From the NCBI RefSeq assembly GCF_009914755.1, contig NC_060933.1: a stretch of DNA of 64,000 nt, one strand, 5' to 3'. Every line of letters begins with the position of its first letter. Within the stretch, counting starts at the first letter, position 1. A program made the position numbers and the translations under genes. The DNA is from the human T2T-CHM13v2.0 reference genome, Homo sapiens. The notes beneath the pieces were generated by a model. It was not told the DNA's origin and did no database searches. It worked only from the letters and a program-made list of their open reading frames with translations. Below are positions 41,001 to 56,626 of the stretch, piece by piece.

Positions 41001-44000
41001 TTGTTTCACCCTGATAATACCGTACTCTTTGATAACATCAAAAGTCAAAGCAACCTCAATAAGAGAAAAACACAATCCTCTTTGGGAGCTCTAAGCCAGT
41101 CTCACCCAGTCTGGGCATTCTGCTTTGCTCACAGCTGCTAATCTCAAACTGTAAATTGATTACGATATTTAGTTAAGCTCAAGAATCTCTGATTTATGTC
41201 CATAATTAATGTCCCATTGTGATACCTATTATATCTATGCAGGAAAATATATGTACTGAATGAGTAGAAATATTAATTTGCATTATGAAGAAACACCAAA
41301 AACTCCCATAAAACATCTGTGCTTATATAAATCTACCCAAACATACACTTGGATTTGATTTTGGAAACAAGGCTCTTTTCTTTCTTGATGGGCATTCAAT
41401 AATTGTTGCTTTTAGAGAGTGGCTTTGTCATCTTATTTCTATGAGAGTATTACTTTGATTGAAGGAGATTGCTCAGGAGGAAAGCACAGAGGCACTTTTC
41501 TGTTATCACCGGTGAAGTGTTGGTAACATGAGATCTTTGGAATAATGGCACCTGCACTGACAATTCAGTGTAATTCTCAATATTTTCCATTGAGCCCAGG
41601 CAGGGTGAGCACATAGGCCTTTCATCATTTTCCTAGGAGAGTTTATGATGCTGCCTACTCCTGTATTCACACACCTGCAAGACTTTCCCCATTCAGAGTA
41701 TCTTATTTTATGGTTTAAATTACTACTGTAATATAATGTAATGGGTTAGTGAGGTTCTAACTAAGGCCCACCCTACTGGAGCTTTCATAGCCTAGGAAAT
41801 ACACTGTCTCTACTAGAAAAAAAAAAAACACAACAAAAGGAAGAAATGGCTACATGAGGATCCGTGTCCTACTTGCAGTAATAAACAAAAAAATCAATGA
41901 TCCCAGTCAGATGCCATTTGATATTAACCTCATTTTAGGGCTAGAGAGTAGAAGCTAATGCAGTAAGGGGGGAAACTAGGTATCAAGTGTTAGGTGCTTT
42001 GAAATATTACTCTTCATAACTCTGTGAGATGAATTATCCCATTTTACAGATGAGAAAATTGAGTCGTAGAGAAATGAAGTAATTTCCCTAAGATGACACA
42101 GCTACTAAAACCACAGATCAGACACAAAACCAGTCCAGCATGATTTCTCAGTCTGACCTGCTCTAAACAGTACAATAGTAGTATGATCACGTACAATGAT
42201 AAATCCTGAGATTAGGATATAAAATCCTTACCTTGTGGTTCTCACTGTAGTGCTTGATAAGATAAAGGAAAGCTTGCCTCCAAAAGCCCCTCGGCTCCAA
42301 GTGTTCTGAGCAATCTAACTCTGGCTGCCTCCCAACAATTCAGCGTGTTTTCTTACTTTGCCAGCTCCAGGGACACTAGTCATGTGTCAGCTCTTTATTG
42401 CTTCAGGAATTAGTGTACATGTTATATTCAGAAACACAAATATAAATAGCTCAATTTAAAATGTTTTAATCAAACACAGCAGAAGAGTATTTTAAGTTTC
42501 CAGTGTTTCGTGTCAAGACCCAGTGCCTCTGCTATACCCTAAATGCATATTTTTAAGAACTTTTTCTAGAAAAACTATGGCCTATGTCTTAGATTCTTAA
42601 ACAGACTGTGTTGCCTTTTTTAATTTAAAGTATAAAGCTTTAAATGTATGCTTATGGTGACAATTAAGGAAATGCTAGATTAGACAGGGCATCAGCTTTC
42701 CACAAATAGTACTCATTTAAGTTCATTTCCACCCCAGATCTCTGCTTGAATGTTATATCATTCAATCGCAAATCTCTCTATAAAAGTGTCTGGCTGTCTC
42801 TTAAACCCATTTACGCTCTATGCTTCAATGCCTTTCCTTGGCAACTTTTTCCATATGCTTAACTTCTTTCAGGGAAGCAGTTCTGTCTCAATTCACAGAA
42901 CAGCACACCAATCAACACAAGCAGGCAGGCAGGTAAAGAAAGGAAGAAGGAGAGACGGGCACACAGAGAAAGTAGGATATGAATGAAGCTAGTCCAATAA
43001 AAGTAATGTTTTAGGAGGCAGAGTTTTAGCCCAAAATAAAATGAACCTCGCACCTACCCCCCCAGCGATCAGAGAGCTCTGAACTTGAATTTATAACCCA
43101 AACACTCTGTACCATATGCAACTTGAGACACACAACTGGTGGCACTACTGGGGATTTATGACTTATGACTTGTTCATATTTAATTTGTAACCAAACACTT
43201 CCCCTTCCTCTTAGCTACCTTAGAACTCTTGATTAACTCTTGTTTCCACAGGTCAGAGGTTAAATAAAGGAAGGGAAGCATTCTGGGGTGAGATTGCCCA
43301 GAGCACCACATCCAAGAATGACCCTGTGCAAGGAACATTAAAATAAGCGATAAGGCCAGAGATTGTTCCAGACAGCTGATGTTCAAAGCCTCCTTCGGGT
43401 ACAAAGCAGAACCTTTCAACTAGAGAGCTGGCAACAAAGACAGACGGGAAACTGGTCTGCTCTCAAGTTACCTTTAGTGACGAAGCAACTCTTTCACTGA
43501 GAAGTTTTTCCCAAAATGTTTCTGAAAATGAAACCGAGGGGTTTTTAGAGAGAGTAAAGCAAGAATTTGTGCAAGGCAAGCAGCCCTTCTTCTTGCTTCA
43601 CTCTGCCATGGGATTCTGTCTGGCCCACCAGATTCTCCTATTCTGTGGAAAAGCTTCACGGCTATCTAATTTTGCAGCAGACCTGGGTCAGGCTGAGGGA
43701 AGCAAAATTATTTGTACACAATTAATTACATGGAAGCCCAGCAATCCTGAAGAGGACTGAATCTATTCAACTACAACTACAAGATCCACCTAGGTGCAAG
43801 CACATTGACTGCTGTGCACCAAACCGATCAAAGTATTAGAAGTAGAGTGGTAAATATTTTAATAGTAGTGGAGACCATTTATTCAGGAATTTACCAAATG
43901 CCAGGAGCATTACATGCCTTTGCTTATTTACTCATTGTAATTCTAGATAGGGTACCATCATATCCCCAGATACCGAATGGCAAAACTGACACCCAGAAAA

Positions 44001-44787
44001 GCTAACTTGCTCACAGTCACACAGCCACAAAGTAGATGAGGGTCGAATCCAGTTCTGTGTGACTTCCTATACTAGTAAGTACTTTTCTGGAAAAAAATCC
44101 CTGGGAATGGTTTCAGTAAAGTGTATGTTACACAGTGATTATACTTTACATTTGATTAGCTGTTGTCAAAATGAGATAATAATTAAGCTCATTTGTGTTA
44201 TAGACAGCATTCATTCACTCATTCATTGCCTAATATATATAAGTCAGGCACTGAGTAGAGAGTGGAATATGGCATAACTTCCACTAAAGTTGGTCCCTGG
44301 TTTAGATTTGTGCGAGAAGTCATCATGGCATTAGGAATGATCTGATAGAGGCAACAGGCGCAGAGCTTGGAAAATGTGGTAAGTAATGGTTGGGCCGCCC
44401 TGAAAAGAGGTATGATGCGCATTCCTTCTGTACCCAAATCACACAGCAGCCACAGCATGAAATAGGCAGGTTTCTCAAATGAACCTTTCAACAGAACAGA
44501 GGGCCCCAAACACGAGGAGGCTGAAGAGCTGGGAATCCACGACAAGGCACCCAAAGCTACAACATAAAATGCCACTGGTCACTCTCTGTTGAGACCCTGA
44601 TGGAATTCTTACCCTCAGCCACTCCCGATTTTTAAAATAACCTTTGTACAGATGGCACTGCTTTATTATAAGCCATGAAAAGCAGTCCATAATGTTACAA
44701 AACCCTAATTTGTTGTTAAAAAAACTCCCTCAAATTAAGGCTGTATTTATAATTTTCAAAACAGAAACCCTAAAAACTAAATTTTAG

Positions 44788-45150
<363 letters not shown>

Positions 45151-45385
45151 TAAATTCATAAACTCATATAGGATTGAATGAATGCAGGAAAGTTGCCTTT
45201 TAATGAGTTACTACAAAAAGTAGAAAATTAAAACGAAGGGCAGAAAAATGTACGCATGAATCATTTTTACTATGTTTTTACCGGCCTTAAATATTGTGAC
45301 AATTTTTTTGGTAATATATTTTAAATGATAGTTCTTTTATTACTTATAACAGCACAACACACACATGCACACACACACTTCTCTA

Positions 45386-45813
<428 letters not shown>

Positions 45814-45995
45814 GAAAAGGGAAAGGGAAAGGAGGGAAGGAGGGAGGGAAGAAAAGGAGGGAAGAAGGAAAGGAGGGAGGGAGGGAGGGAGGGAAGAAGG
45901 AAAGGAGGGAGGGAGGGAGGGAGGGAGGAAGAAAAAGGAGGGAGGGGGGAAGAAGGAAAGGAGGGAGGGAGGGAGGGAGGAAGGAGGAGGGAAAA
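45814..45995 (+). repeat. Pure-purine (GGAG/GGAA)n low-complexity tract grown from the Alu tail
   Basis: About 180 nt containing only A and G. Confidence 0.97.
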
Positions 45996-46974
45996 CAAGG
46001 GGTATACACCACTATGTGTCACATGCCATCATATATGCTCCTAGAAAGACCAGAAGAAAAGACAAACTAATAGTGGTTTTTCTAGATTATGGGATTGTAG
46101 AAAATCTTTTTCTTCTGCATTCTTTTCTGTGTCTTCTACAGCTTATGTATTGAGCATGCAGTGCCTTAAAATTTAAGAAAAAAAAGTTGCCTGTTAAGTA
46201 CTGTTATTCATAATTGAAAATACTTGAAAGCAACCTAAATGTATAATAATAGAATGATTACAATATATTATGAACTATCAAAATGATGGAATATTATATA
46301 TTCATTAAAATCAGACTATAGAAGAATACTTAACATGGAAAAACATTTACAATATATTTAGATATAAAAGCAGGCTCTATAATATATACGAAGGATTTTT
46401 TCATTTTAGTTTTTGTGTTTTCCTATATTCTCCAAACTTTCTACAGTCTACATGTATTATTTTATTAACTGTTAACAAAATATCCCCCCTCCTTTTCTTT
46501 CTTTAAAAAACAAACAAACAGCCACAGGTATGATTCCCCGCTGGCTACCAACTTCCAAGTGGTCTTGCCGAAGGGCTAGGGAGGTGGATTGGTCAGAGAG
46601 AATAGAATGAAGATGCAACAGCCCTCCTGCTTCTGTGAGTGAGCTTAGTAACTGTGATGACCCAGTTCCAAAATGGGCTTTCTGGATGAAGCGGAAGTTT
46701 GTACTCTCTAACAAACTGGTCACACGAGAGCCTCATGCTCTTCCTCCTGTGCCATGCTTATCATGGATCTCAGTTCAGGGCAAGGATGGTGTGCTAATAA
46801 GGTTTTCAGTGACCTTTCCTTAATGTGGGTACAGTCAGCCTCAATAAACCCTGGCAGGCTCAGGAAGACAGCAACCCTCCCTTATCTAAGGTCACTCTTA
46901 GTTGAGAGGGAATAAATGGGGGGGTCAGAAGCTATTTTTTCCCTGTTAGATTTTCAGGCCAAATCTGCAAGGCT

Positions 46975-47570
46975 GGATCATTCATACAAACATTTAGTAA
47001 GCATAAATGTGTGCCAGCCCTGTCCTAGACAGCTAGGATAAATCAATGAACAAGACACAGTGCTGTCTGTCCTCAAGGAACTATTAAGTCTCTTGGGGAA
47101 GAGACCTGCAAAGGATGGATCACAATGCTACGTGATGATGCTGCAACACAGGTGGGCAAAGGGCTGTGGCAGCACCAAGGAAGGGCATCTCCACTAGACT
47201 GTAGTATCAGCTAAGTGAGGAAGGCGAACTGGATGAAACAGAAGCACATTCTGTCTGGAGGAAACCAAAAATTACAGAGGCAAAGAAACAAAGAATTACA
47301 AATGGCTCGGGGTTACTGGATCCCAGAGTAAGGGTAGAGCGGGGTGTCTCTTTGTGTGATTTTTTTTTTTTTTTGGAGGGTGGGGATGGGTGGAGAGAGG
47401 ATCTTTGGCAATAGTAGAGATGAAACTAGAGCAGTCCAAAGAGCCCAGCTTGTAAGAAATTTACATGCTGGACCATGGAGTTTAACTCTTTTCCTGAAAT
47501 CAAAGAAGGGTTTCAAGCAGTGGACAGATCTGATGGGTTTTGTCTTTGTAAAAAGACTGCTTTAGAAGGA
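46975..47570 (-). mobile_element. L2 fragment
   Basis: tcattcatacaaacatttagtaagc...gaagggtttcaagcagtggacagatctgatgggttttg. Confidence 0.7.
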
Positions 47571-48869
47571 GGATAGTCTGGAATCAGATAAACTCAACAA
47601 TTTTAAGACCAATGTGGCTGGTGAAAGTCCTCAAGGAAGAAGGAGGTTCCAAAAATGAGGGCCTCCGTCAGTGCTCTTTTACTTACTGAATAAAATTTTA
47701 AAAACAGATTTGACTCTGGGAGAAGAGAGCTAACAAAGGAGCTCCTGTCATGTAGAAGATTGACCTGAATTTGTTAGGCAGAGGGTTGCCTGCTTCCTTC
47801 AGAAGCAGTGTCCATTGTGAGACATGGCAGGAGAGGAGGGGAGCTGGACCATCCAGAGCAGCAGGTGCGGTCCTCCCATTGACAAGCAGGCTCCCCCAAG
47901 AGCTGTTCCTTCGTCTCTCCAAGGCTACTTTCCTCTGCAAAAGGGCAACACTTCCTGTTTACCTAACAAAGTGGTGGTATGGAACAAATTAAGCAAAATA
48001 ACACAAAGTACCTATCACAGTTCACAAAACAAACCAGAGACTCAAAAATAGGTAGCTTCTGTTATGACTGTTAGGTAGATGTCTACTCTCTTAGGAGAAA
48101 GAATGGTTCTCAACCACATTTTGAATGATTTTAAAATGTTGAGTGCCACAAGCACACAGATGTTCTTTCCAATTACTTTTAAGATTGCGTCAATCACAAA
48201 AGAGTGGGCTGGGCCAATAGGGATTTCTAAAATTAATATTTATTCCCCTAACCCAAGATAAAGATTTCATTTCAAAGACAGAATGAAAGCAAATTAAAAA
48301 AAGATGGGGATTATAAATGGGTCACTAGTACTTTTTCAATCATTCCTCAATGAATGACTCTTTCCGAGCTAACACTATAAGTAATTCCCTGTGCTTTCCT
48401 GACTGAAGGAACAGCGTATATTATTCTTAGTTAACTAATTAAATATGACTTAACCCTAGAAGATTTAGCATGCTATAGTGATATAAAAGATAGCAAAGCT
48501 AATAAGATTCTAAGAGCTACTATTAAACAAACATATGGATGGTAACATTTTTACCTTTCACAAATGTTTGAACTTAACTTTTATTATGACTCTAAAATAG
48601 GGCAGCTTCAGTTAATTTAAAGACCAGTTCTGTGCTCTGGGCCATTTTGGGGATGAAAATGAAAATATCTGGTACCTTAGCTCCATCAGGCATTATTTCT
48701 ATTCCTCACCTCAACTATGTGAGATGGGTATTTTTAGCTATAATGTAGAGATGAAGAAACTGAGGCTCAGAGACATGAAGTGACTTGCTCAAGATCACCA
48801 AGCAAGTAAAGAAATGGTCAAGATTTGAAGTATGGTCTCTGGTTCCAAAGCTCATGATCCTTTTTCTTT

Positions 48870-49410
48870 TTTAAAAATCAACTTTGAATTTTAATTTATA
48901 TCAAATAAACTCCACCCATTCTATGTGTATATATAGATGAATTTTGGCAACTGGATACAGCTATGTAACCACCACCCGCAATGAATCCATACAACATTTC
49001 CAGGACCCCTAAATGTTTGCTTGTGCACCATCCAACAGAATCTCCCTCACTGTCTATTTATGTGTCATAGCTCTTAGCACACAGCACTGAGATCATCTGT
49101 TTTCCACCTGTCCTTCCCACCATCTCTCTTTTAAAAATTCACTTCTTTTAAACATGCAGTAAAAGTCACTCTTTTGACAAATGCCCACATCGGTGTAACA
49201 ACCACAGACAATCAAGATATAGAACACTTCCATCACACCCCATCCAGCCTGCTTGTGTTGCTCCTTTGTGGCCAACCTTGCCTCCCCAAATCTCAGCCCT
49301 GGCAACCACTGATCTCTTTCCTATTCCTATAATTTCGCTTTTTTTTTCAGAACATCATAGAAATGGAATAATACAGTACATAGCCTTTTAAGTCTGGCTT
49401 CTATCATGAT
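48870..49410 (-). mobile_element. Two L1M 3'-end fragments
   Basis: aaatcaactttg...tgtaaccaccac; tcagccctggcaaccactgatct...aaatggaataatacagta. Confidence 0.75.
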
Positions 49411-49620
49411 CTTTTAAGCTACACTGTATATTTTAGCTTTTTTCCCTGACTGCTGACCAATGAAGGACAAGTTTTCATGGCAATAGAGTTCCATGGACAT
49501 GCCCATGTATCACAACCCCATGGTGCTAGCTGCCACTCCACCTCAAGTGAAGGGTAGTATAGGAATGTCTTCAGTCCACCTAATGTATTAAAACAGTATA
49601 TCATCCACAAGTTTCATTAG

Positions 49621-49955
<335 letters not shown>

Positions 49956-50646
49956 TAGCTATATTATTTAACACTAACAAATTATTTGTGAAACATCTCA
50001 CAAGTGAGTGAAATAAACCAAGTCTGTCTATGTATGCTGGGGTTGAGAACCTCCTTATTATACCAAGCTCTCTCCTAGCTAAGAAATCATGCCCATCCCA
50101 GAGGTCTGGCCGTAATACCATGAGTGGTGCCAAGGGTTTGCTCCTTGAAAAGAAAAGGTAAAACCCAAGCTCTGTGTCATCAAGCCCAACCAGGTGAGGC
50201 AAAGAAAGTGGGAGATCAGCCAGTTGCTCTAAACTGTTTAACTCTCTCATTTTGTAGCAAAAGAAAGATGAGCTGAGAGAATATAAGGGACTTACCTAGA
50301 GTCACACATCTGCATAGCCTAAAGGACATCCTGACAAACCCAAAAGTAGATCTTTCTGTGCCCATTGAATGGCAATCTCCCAATATTACTCTGTCCTTTC
50401 CTCTTTTGCCCTATCTCCCACCAAAAGTACATGGTTTCTCTTGTCTGAATGTATAGTAGTGCAGTCGCTGTTTTCAATATCTAGAATTGTCCTAAAACAT
50501 CAAAATCTCAATTGGATTCCATAAGCAATTCCCAATCTCTTAATTAACCAGGATTCGAAATGATGTCTCTTTAGCTCCAAAGCTGATGATCTTTTTGTCT
50601 ACTGCACACTTTGGTATCTACTCGGACACCCATTTGGCTTACCAGT

Positions 50647-51360
50647 TGTGATGGTTAATACTGAGTGTCAACTTGATTGAATTGAAGGATACAAAGTATT
50701 GATCCTGGGTGTGTCTGTGAGGGTATTGCCAAAAGAGATTAACATTTGAATCAGTGGGCTGGGGAAGGCAGATCCACCCTTAATCTGGTGGGCACCATCT
50801 AATAAGCTGCCAGTGAATATAAAGCAGGCAGAAAAACATGAAAAGGAGAGAGAGACTGGCCTAGCCTCCCAGCCTACAACTTACTCTCATGCTGGATTGT
50901 TTCCTGGCCTCAAACGTCAGACTCCAAGTTCTTCAGTTTTGGGACTCGGACTGGCTCTCCTTGCTCCTCAGCTTGCAGATAGACTATTGTGAGACCTTGT
51001 GATTGTGTAAGTTAATACTTAATAACTCTCCATATATATATATATGGAGAAACAAAAGTTCTCTAAGAATATAAGCCTTAACTTCAAAAGAAATTCAAAT
51101 AAGATTGTTGTCAGCACATTACTGTTAAAAGTCCATACGCTAAATATTATTGAAATTATAAATCATTCTATTTCAACACAGAATCTGTTAATCCTGTCTT
51201 GATGTCAGCTTCTTGGAGGATTCAAGCTAACAAGGATACCAATTTTCAAAACACTATTAGAGATAAGAACACTATAGATTCTAAAGAATATGATGTCATT
51301 GAGTTTTATATATATATATATCCTATTAGTGTGTCCCTCTAGAGAACTCTGACTAATACA
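50647..51360 (+). mobile_element. MLT2A-like (ERVL) solo LTR with a ~260-bp insertion in its (TA)n
   Basis: tgtgatggttaatactgagtgtcaacttgattg...tcctattagtgtgtccctctagagaactctgactaataca. Confidence 0.9.
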
Positions 51361-53204
51361 GCATTCTATAGCTCATTGGTCATAAACCATTGACTGACTG
51401 TGAGGTCCTTTGCTGGGTCCTGGGGCTAACAGGCGATTCTGATACAATCTCTAGTTTCAAGGAGCTCAGTGTCTAGTGGGGGATTCAGACTTGTAAATCA
51501 ACAAGTGTAATTACTAAGATTAATGCTATGAGAGAAGTATGCACAGGCAACAACTCTCTCTCATACTAGTGTGGGCACACACCCGTGGCAGACTACCAAC
51601 CCCGGCCAACATGACAGAATTTCTTTCAGCTCTAACAGAGGCAGTTAATAATTCTAAAATTAAGTAGAAATGGTCACATTAGAAGATAATTTTATAGAAG
51701 GACAGTTGAATAAAGGTTACTGGAACACAGAATCCAATAGTGATGCCCAAAAAAGGCAAACTGATTTTTATGAACAATTTTCTTCTTCCTTTTTCTGTTA
51801 ATACAAAAAAAAAAAAAAAACCCACACCAAAAAACTGGCACCTTTGTCTGGGTCCGGAGTATAAAATCAGGAAATAAAATGGCAAGTCTTACAACTGTGA
51901 ACTTCAAAATCAGCTCATTACAAACCCAAGAGACATATTTGAATGCATGTTGCTACATTCATTTACCTATTCTGCCAAGCCATTCAATTACACGATTTCA
52001 GATTTTGTATAAAAAAATACAGCCATGTTTCTTTCAAAAGCTGGTATTTGGAGAAAAGTGATTAGAACAGCATGCTATGATACGTTAATACAGTGGTTTC
52101 ATTTAACAGACAATGGCAGTTCCTGTACTTTAAATTATTGCACTTAGAATTCATGACTACAAGGTGTCTCAACTTTTTTCTTTACTGCTGTACAATATAC
52201 TCCACTGCCACTGTGAATGCAAACAAAACACATTATCGGAAGAGTTTTGTTAGCATTTGTAATCTTAAGGAAAGTCATTTTTAAAGGTGGAGAGTGGGTA
52301 CAGTAGGTTGTTCAAATCCTATGAACACTGAATAGAATAAAGCATTACAACTGGGGAAAGAGGAAGAGTGGGAGAGAAAAAGCTAAAGCAAGAGAAAATC
52401 TTAAACCAAAATTTAACATCCCTTTGGAGAGACAGGGCACAAAGGAGGAGACAGAGTTTATTCTAACCAGAAGCAGCTGCTGCTGTGCGAATTAGGAAGC
52501 ATTCCTAATGAATCAGCAGTTCTTATAATAAATATACTCCCCTTTGAAATGTGAGGATTCTGCGATGAGAATTTCTTTTGATATATTTTTTACATGAACT
52601 CATTAGACAGCGAAGGGGCAGGGATAGAGCGTGTTCCTTTCTAAATTACTATAGTGATCTGATCATGTCCTCTCCAGCTTAGTTGGACAGGGCATAGGAA
52701 AATAAAGAAATAAGAACACAACTAAAAAGGTCTCTATTCACCAGTATTCTTTGTTGATCACTCAAAATAAACTTTGTAAGGTGCTACGTATCAGCCACAT
52801 CTTACAAAATACCTGCCACTGTGCCGGTTAAATTTAACCGGCAATTTGGAGCTATACAAACCATAAAAGGGGCATTTCTTTTGCATTAAGAGTAATCCCC
52901 AAATTCTAACATGGTGAAGATCCGCTTGCAGAATATATCTGTTCCCCAGATATTTTGCTTGCCATTTTAACAGGAGAAAAGGGAAAAAATTATGCACACA
53001 TGCACATTTATTTAATCCCCACCTAGGTTCCATATTCCACTTTTTTCTTGGATTAAAAAACAACCATTTTAAACAAAGGTTTCTCTAGGCAAAAATCAGT
53101 GTGTCTTTAGTCATACAAGACAAAATTAATTTAAAAGTACAACTTCCCATATTATTCTACCCACCAGCTATCTTTCTCCAACTTTTTTGTTGTTGTTATA
53201 GAAT

Positions 53205-53489
53205 TTTATTCTATTTTTATTTTTCCATAAGTTATTGGGGTACAGGTGGTACTTGGTTACATGAGTAAGTTCTTTAGTGGTTATTTGTGAGATTTTGGTG
53301 CACCCATCACTCGAGCAGTATACACTGCACCCTATTTGTAGTCTTTTATCTCTTGCCCCGTCCCATTCTTCCCCTCAAGTCCCCGAAGTCCATTGTATCA
53401 TTCTTATGCCTTTGCATCCTCATAGCTTAGCTCCCACATATCAGTGAGAACATACGGTGTTTGGTTTTCCATTCCTGAGTTACTTCACA
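53205..53489 (-). mobile_element. L1PB-like 3' end
   Basis: ttattggggtacaggtggtacttggttacatgagtaagttctttagtgg...ccattcctgagttacttcac. Confidence 0.85.
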
Positions 53490-55417
53490 GTCTCCCTCCT
53501 CCTTCCTTCCTCCCCCTTCCCCCACTTCTGCAGTGAGTTTCCAGGGTTCTTGGAGCCTCAATGCGAAAAACCAGGAACCCCAGGAGTAGTCATGGAGTGA
53601 CACAAGGTGTACTGGAGAGACTATTAGAGCTGCTGTGCTTTTTTGTTTTTACCCTAACACTAATGGTACATAAGCCTTTAACATGGAAATGAAAGTGAAA
53701 AGACATTCTAAATATAAACACAACCTTTAGGCTGTTTAAAAACAACTCTTCACAAATTTAGACATGGCCTCCTGTCTTACTTAGGCCACTTTTGCTGTCA
53801 ACAACAGGTTAAGAGAATGCAAAAGATAGGCAGACCTGCAGATAATAGAAGTTAAGGACCGAGAAGATTTAACTCTATCCTTATCATATCATACAGAATA
53901 AGCAGAAATAAGTTGCTCATTAGAGAAAAGAAGCCTTAGATCATATGGGGGTTGTGGAGGGGTAGAGGACCCTGATTCTTCTACAAAATCACAGCCCAAA
54001 TAAGGTGAGGAAAAGTCCAAAGAACAAACCAAGGAGTCGTGAGAAGAGATCCCTTGCTTAAAGATCAGTGTGTGCTTGTTTTATATTCCAAGTAATTAGA
54101 AAACCGGAGCTCAAAAAGGCTCAGGAAATTTGTCTGAAATCATTTGGTAAGCTATAAATGGTTTAGAGCTATATCTGAACCTAAATCTCTCTAGCTTCAA
54201 GGCTATACCACAAGTGTAGTAGTACTGCCCCCTTAGTGACATCCAAATCATCAACAGATATGATTTTGCTCATTAGGCAATACTACCTCTTTAGGGCATC
54301 TTACTTGGAGACAAAGCTCTAACTTAATGCTCTTCTCTCAGATGGAAAAGCCAAGGCAGAGGGTTAAGTCACTGGACCAACATTATATAATTTCATTTAA
54401 AAATGTCCTAGGGTACAGACTACTAAAGTTGTTTCTCCTTCGTTTTACAACATGAGTCTAACCACCAAATAGTCAGCTCTACGGATCCCTTAGATTCGTT
54501 CCCCAGAAGATATGCATTCCTATAGAAATGCCCATCATGGTCTGGTGCTGTTTGGCTCAAGCCACTGGCAACCAAAAGAACAGCTTGGCAGTTTGTGCAC
54601 TGCTTTGCCCTGCGTACTACGTTGCACACCTACACAGGCTTTGAAAATATTTCATTCAGTGAAGATGGATCAAACATATAAAGGACTAGCAGAAGAGAAG
54701 AAGTTCAGATGTCTGAAATGTAGACAGTAATTTCTACACAAAGATATCTGCCTCAGAATTTACGGTGGCAAAAAACTATAAAAAGCCTAAAGAATGGCAG
54801 TATATTTTTCTCAGGTATTGGAATAAAAGACAATTAATTATAAATCTAAGCTTCACACATTAGAGACAGGCATGTGACTTAACCCGTGGTTCCCCCTACT
54901 TTTTTTTTAATGGAGCCAACTAAAGAGCTGTCATAAGGATTAAATAATACAATTCATAAAACCTGCTTAGCATAGTTTCCAGGTAGAAAGTAATCAATAA
55001 ATGGCAGCTGCTATTACTATCACTATTATTAATTCCAACAGTTGAGAATCATTAGGTAAAATATGGAACACCTTCATGACTTAGTATCATATGGTCATTC
55101 AAATGTCCTTCAGATGGAAAGCTGTGATGTTATAAAAATATGTAAAAAGCAAATCCAGTAAAAAGGTTTTCAAACATGTAAATTTAAAAATATATACATT
55201 TAAGTTATCTGTATATTACATATATTATAAGACAACATCTAACAGAAAACACCACAATATCTATCTTTGGATGATGAAATTAAAGGTAATTATTTTCGAC
55301 CTCTCCCTCAAGCTCACCCCGTCCCCATCTTCCAGGTTCCCCCCTCACCCTGGCTCCCTGTGCCCATCTCTGAAATAATAAGATAATTATTTTCTTCTTC
55401 TGTATTGGAAAAAGTGA

Positions 55418-55883
<466 letters not shown>

Positions 55884-56166
55884 TAGATATCAGTTGATTC
55901 TCTATTCTGTTCTACTAATCCGTATGGTCTACCCTTGTGCCAATACCACAATGTCTCAATTACTGTAGCTCTACAATAAAACTGGAGATCAGGTAATATG
56001 TGTCCTCCAACTTTATTCTTCTTTTAAAAAGTTATTTTGCCTAAGTTCTTTGCCACAAAAATCTTCATACAGATTTTAGAATCAGCTTGCCCAATTCTGA
56101 AGGAAAAAAAGGCCTGGTGGTATTATTGCATTGACTCTATAGATCAATTTGGGGAGAACTGACATC

Positions 56167-56626
56167 TGTATCAGTAACAGTCCTCCAGAGAAACAGAATA
56201 GACTATTGTATGCATGCGTGTGTGTGTGTATAAAGAGATTTATGTTAAGTAACTGGTTGAGGCAAGTTTGAAATCTATAGGACAGGCCAGTGGGCTGGAA
56301 ACTCAGGTAACAACTGATGTTGCAGTCCTGAGTCCAAAATTTGTAGGGCAGGCCAGCAAGCTGGGAACTCAGGAAGGATTTTTAAATTACAGTCTTGAAG
56401 CAGAATTCCTTCTTCTCTGGAAAACCTCAGTTTCTGCTCTGAAGGCTTTAAACTGATTGGATGAGGACCACCAACATTATGGAGGGTGATCTCCTTTACT
56501 AAAAGTCAATGATTATAAATGTTAGTTAGATTTAAAATACCTTCACAGTACCATCTATACTAGTGTTTGACCAAATAATTAGGTACCATAGCCTAGACAA
56601 GCTGACACACAAGATTAACCATCATA
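56167..56626 (-). mobile_element. MLT2-family (ERVL) solo LTR with a perfect 5-bp TSD ACATC
   Basis: acatc|tgtatcagt...tccagagaaacagaa...cacaagattaaccatcata|acatc. Confidence 0.88.

Noticed and set aside
54222-54242. CTCF-like AGGGGGCAGTA on the minus strand
   Set aside because: Only the 3' half of the motif matches, and it lies at the end of a MIR-like remnant.
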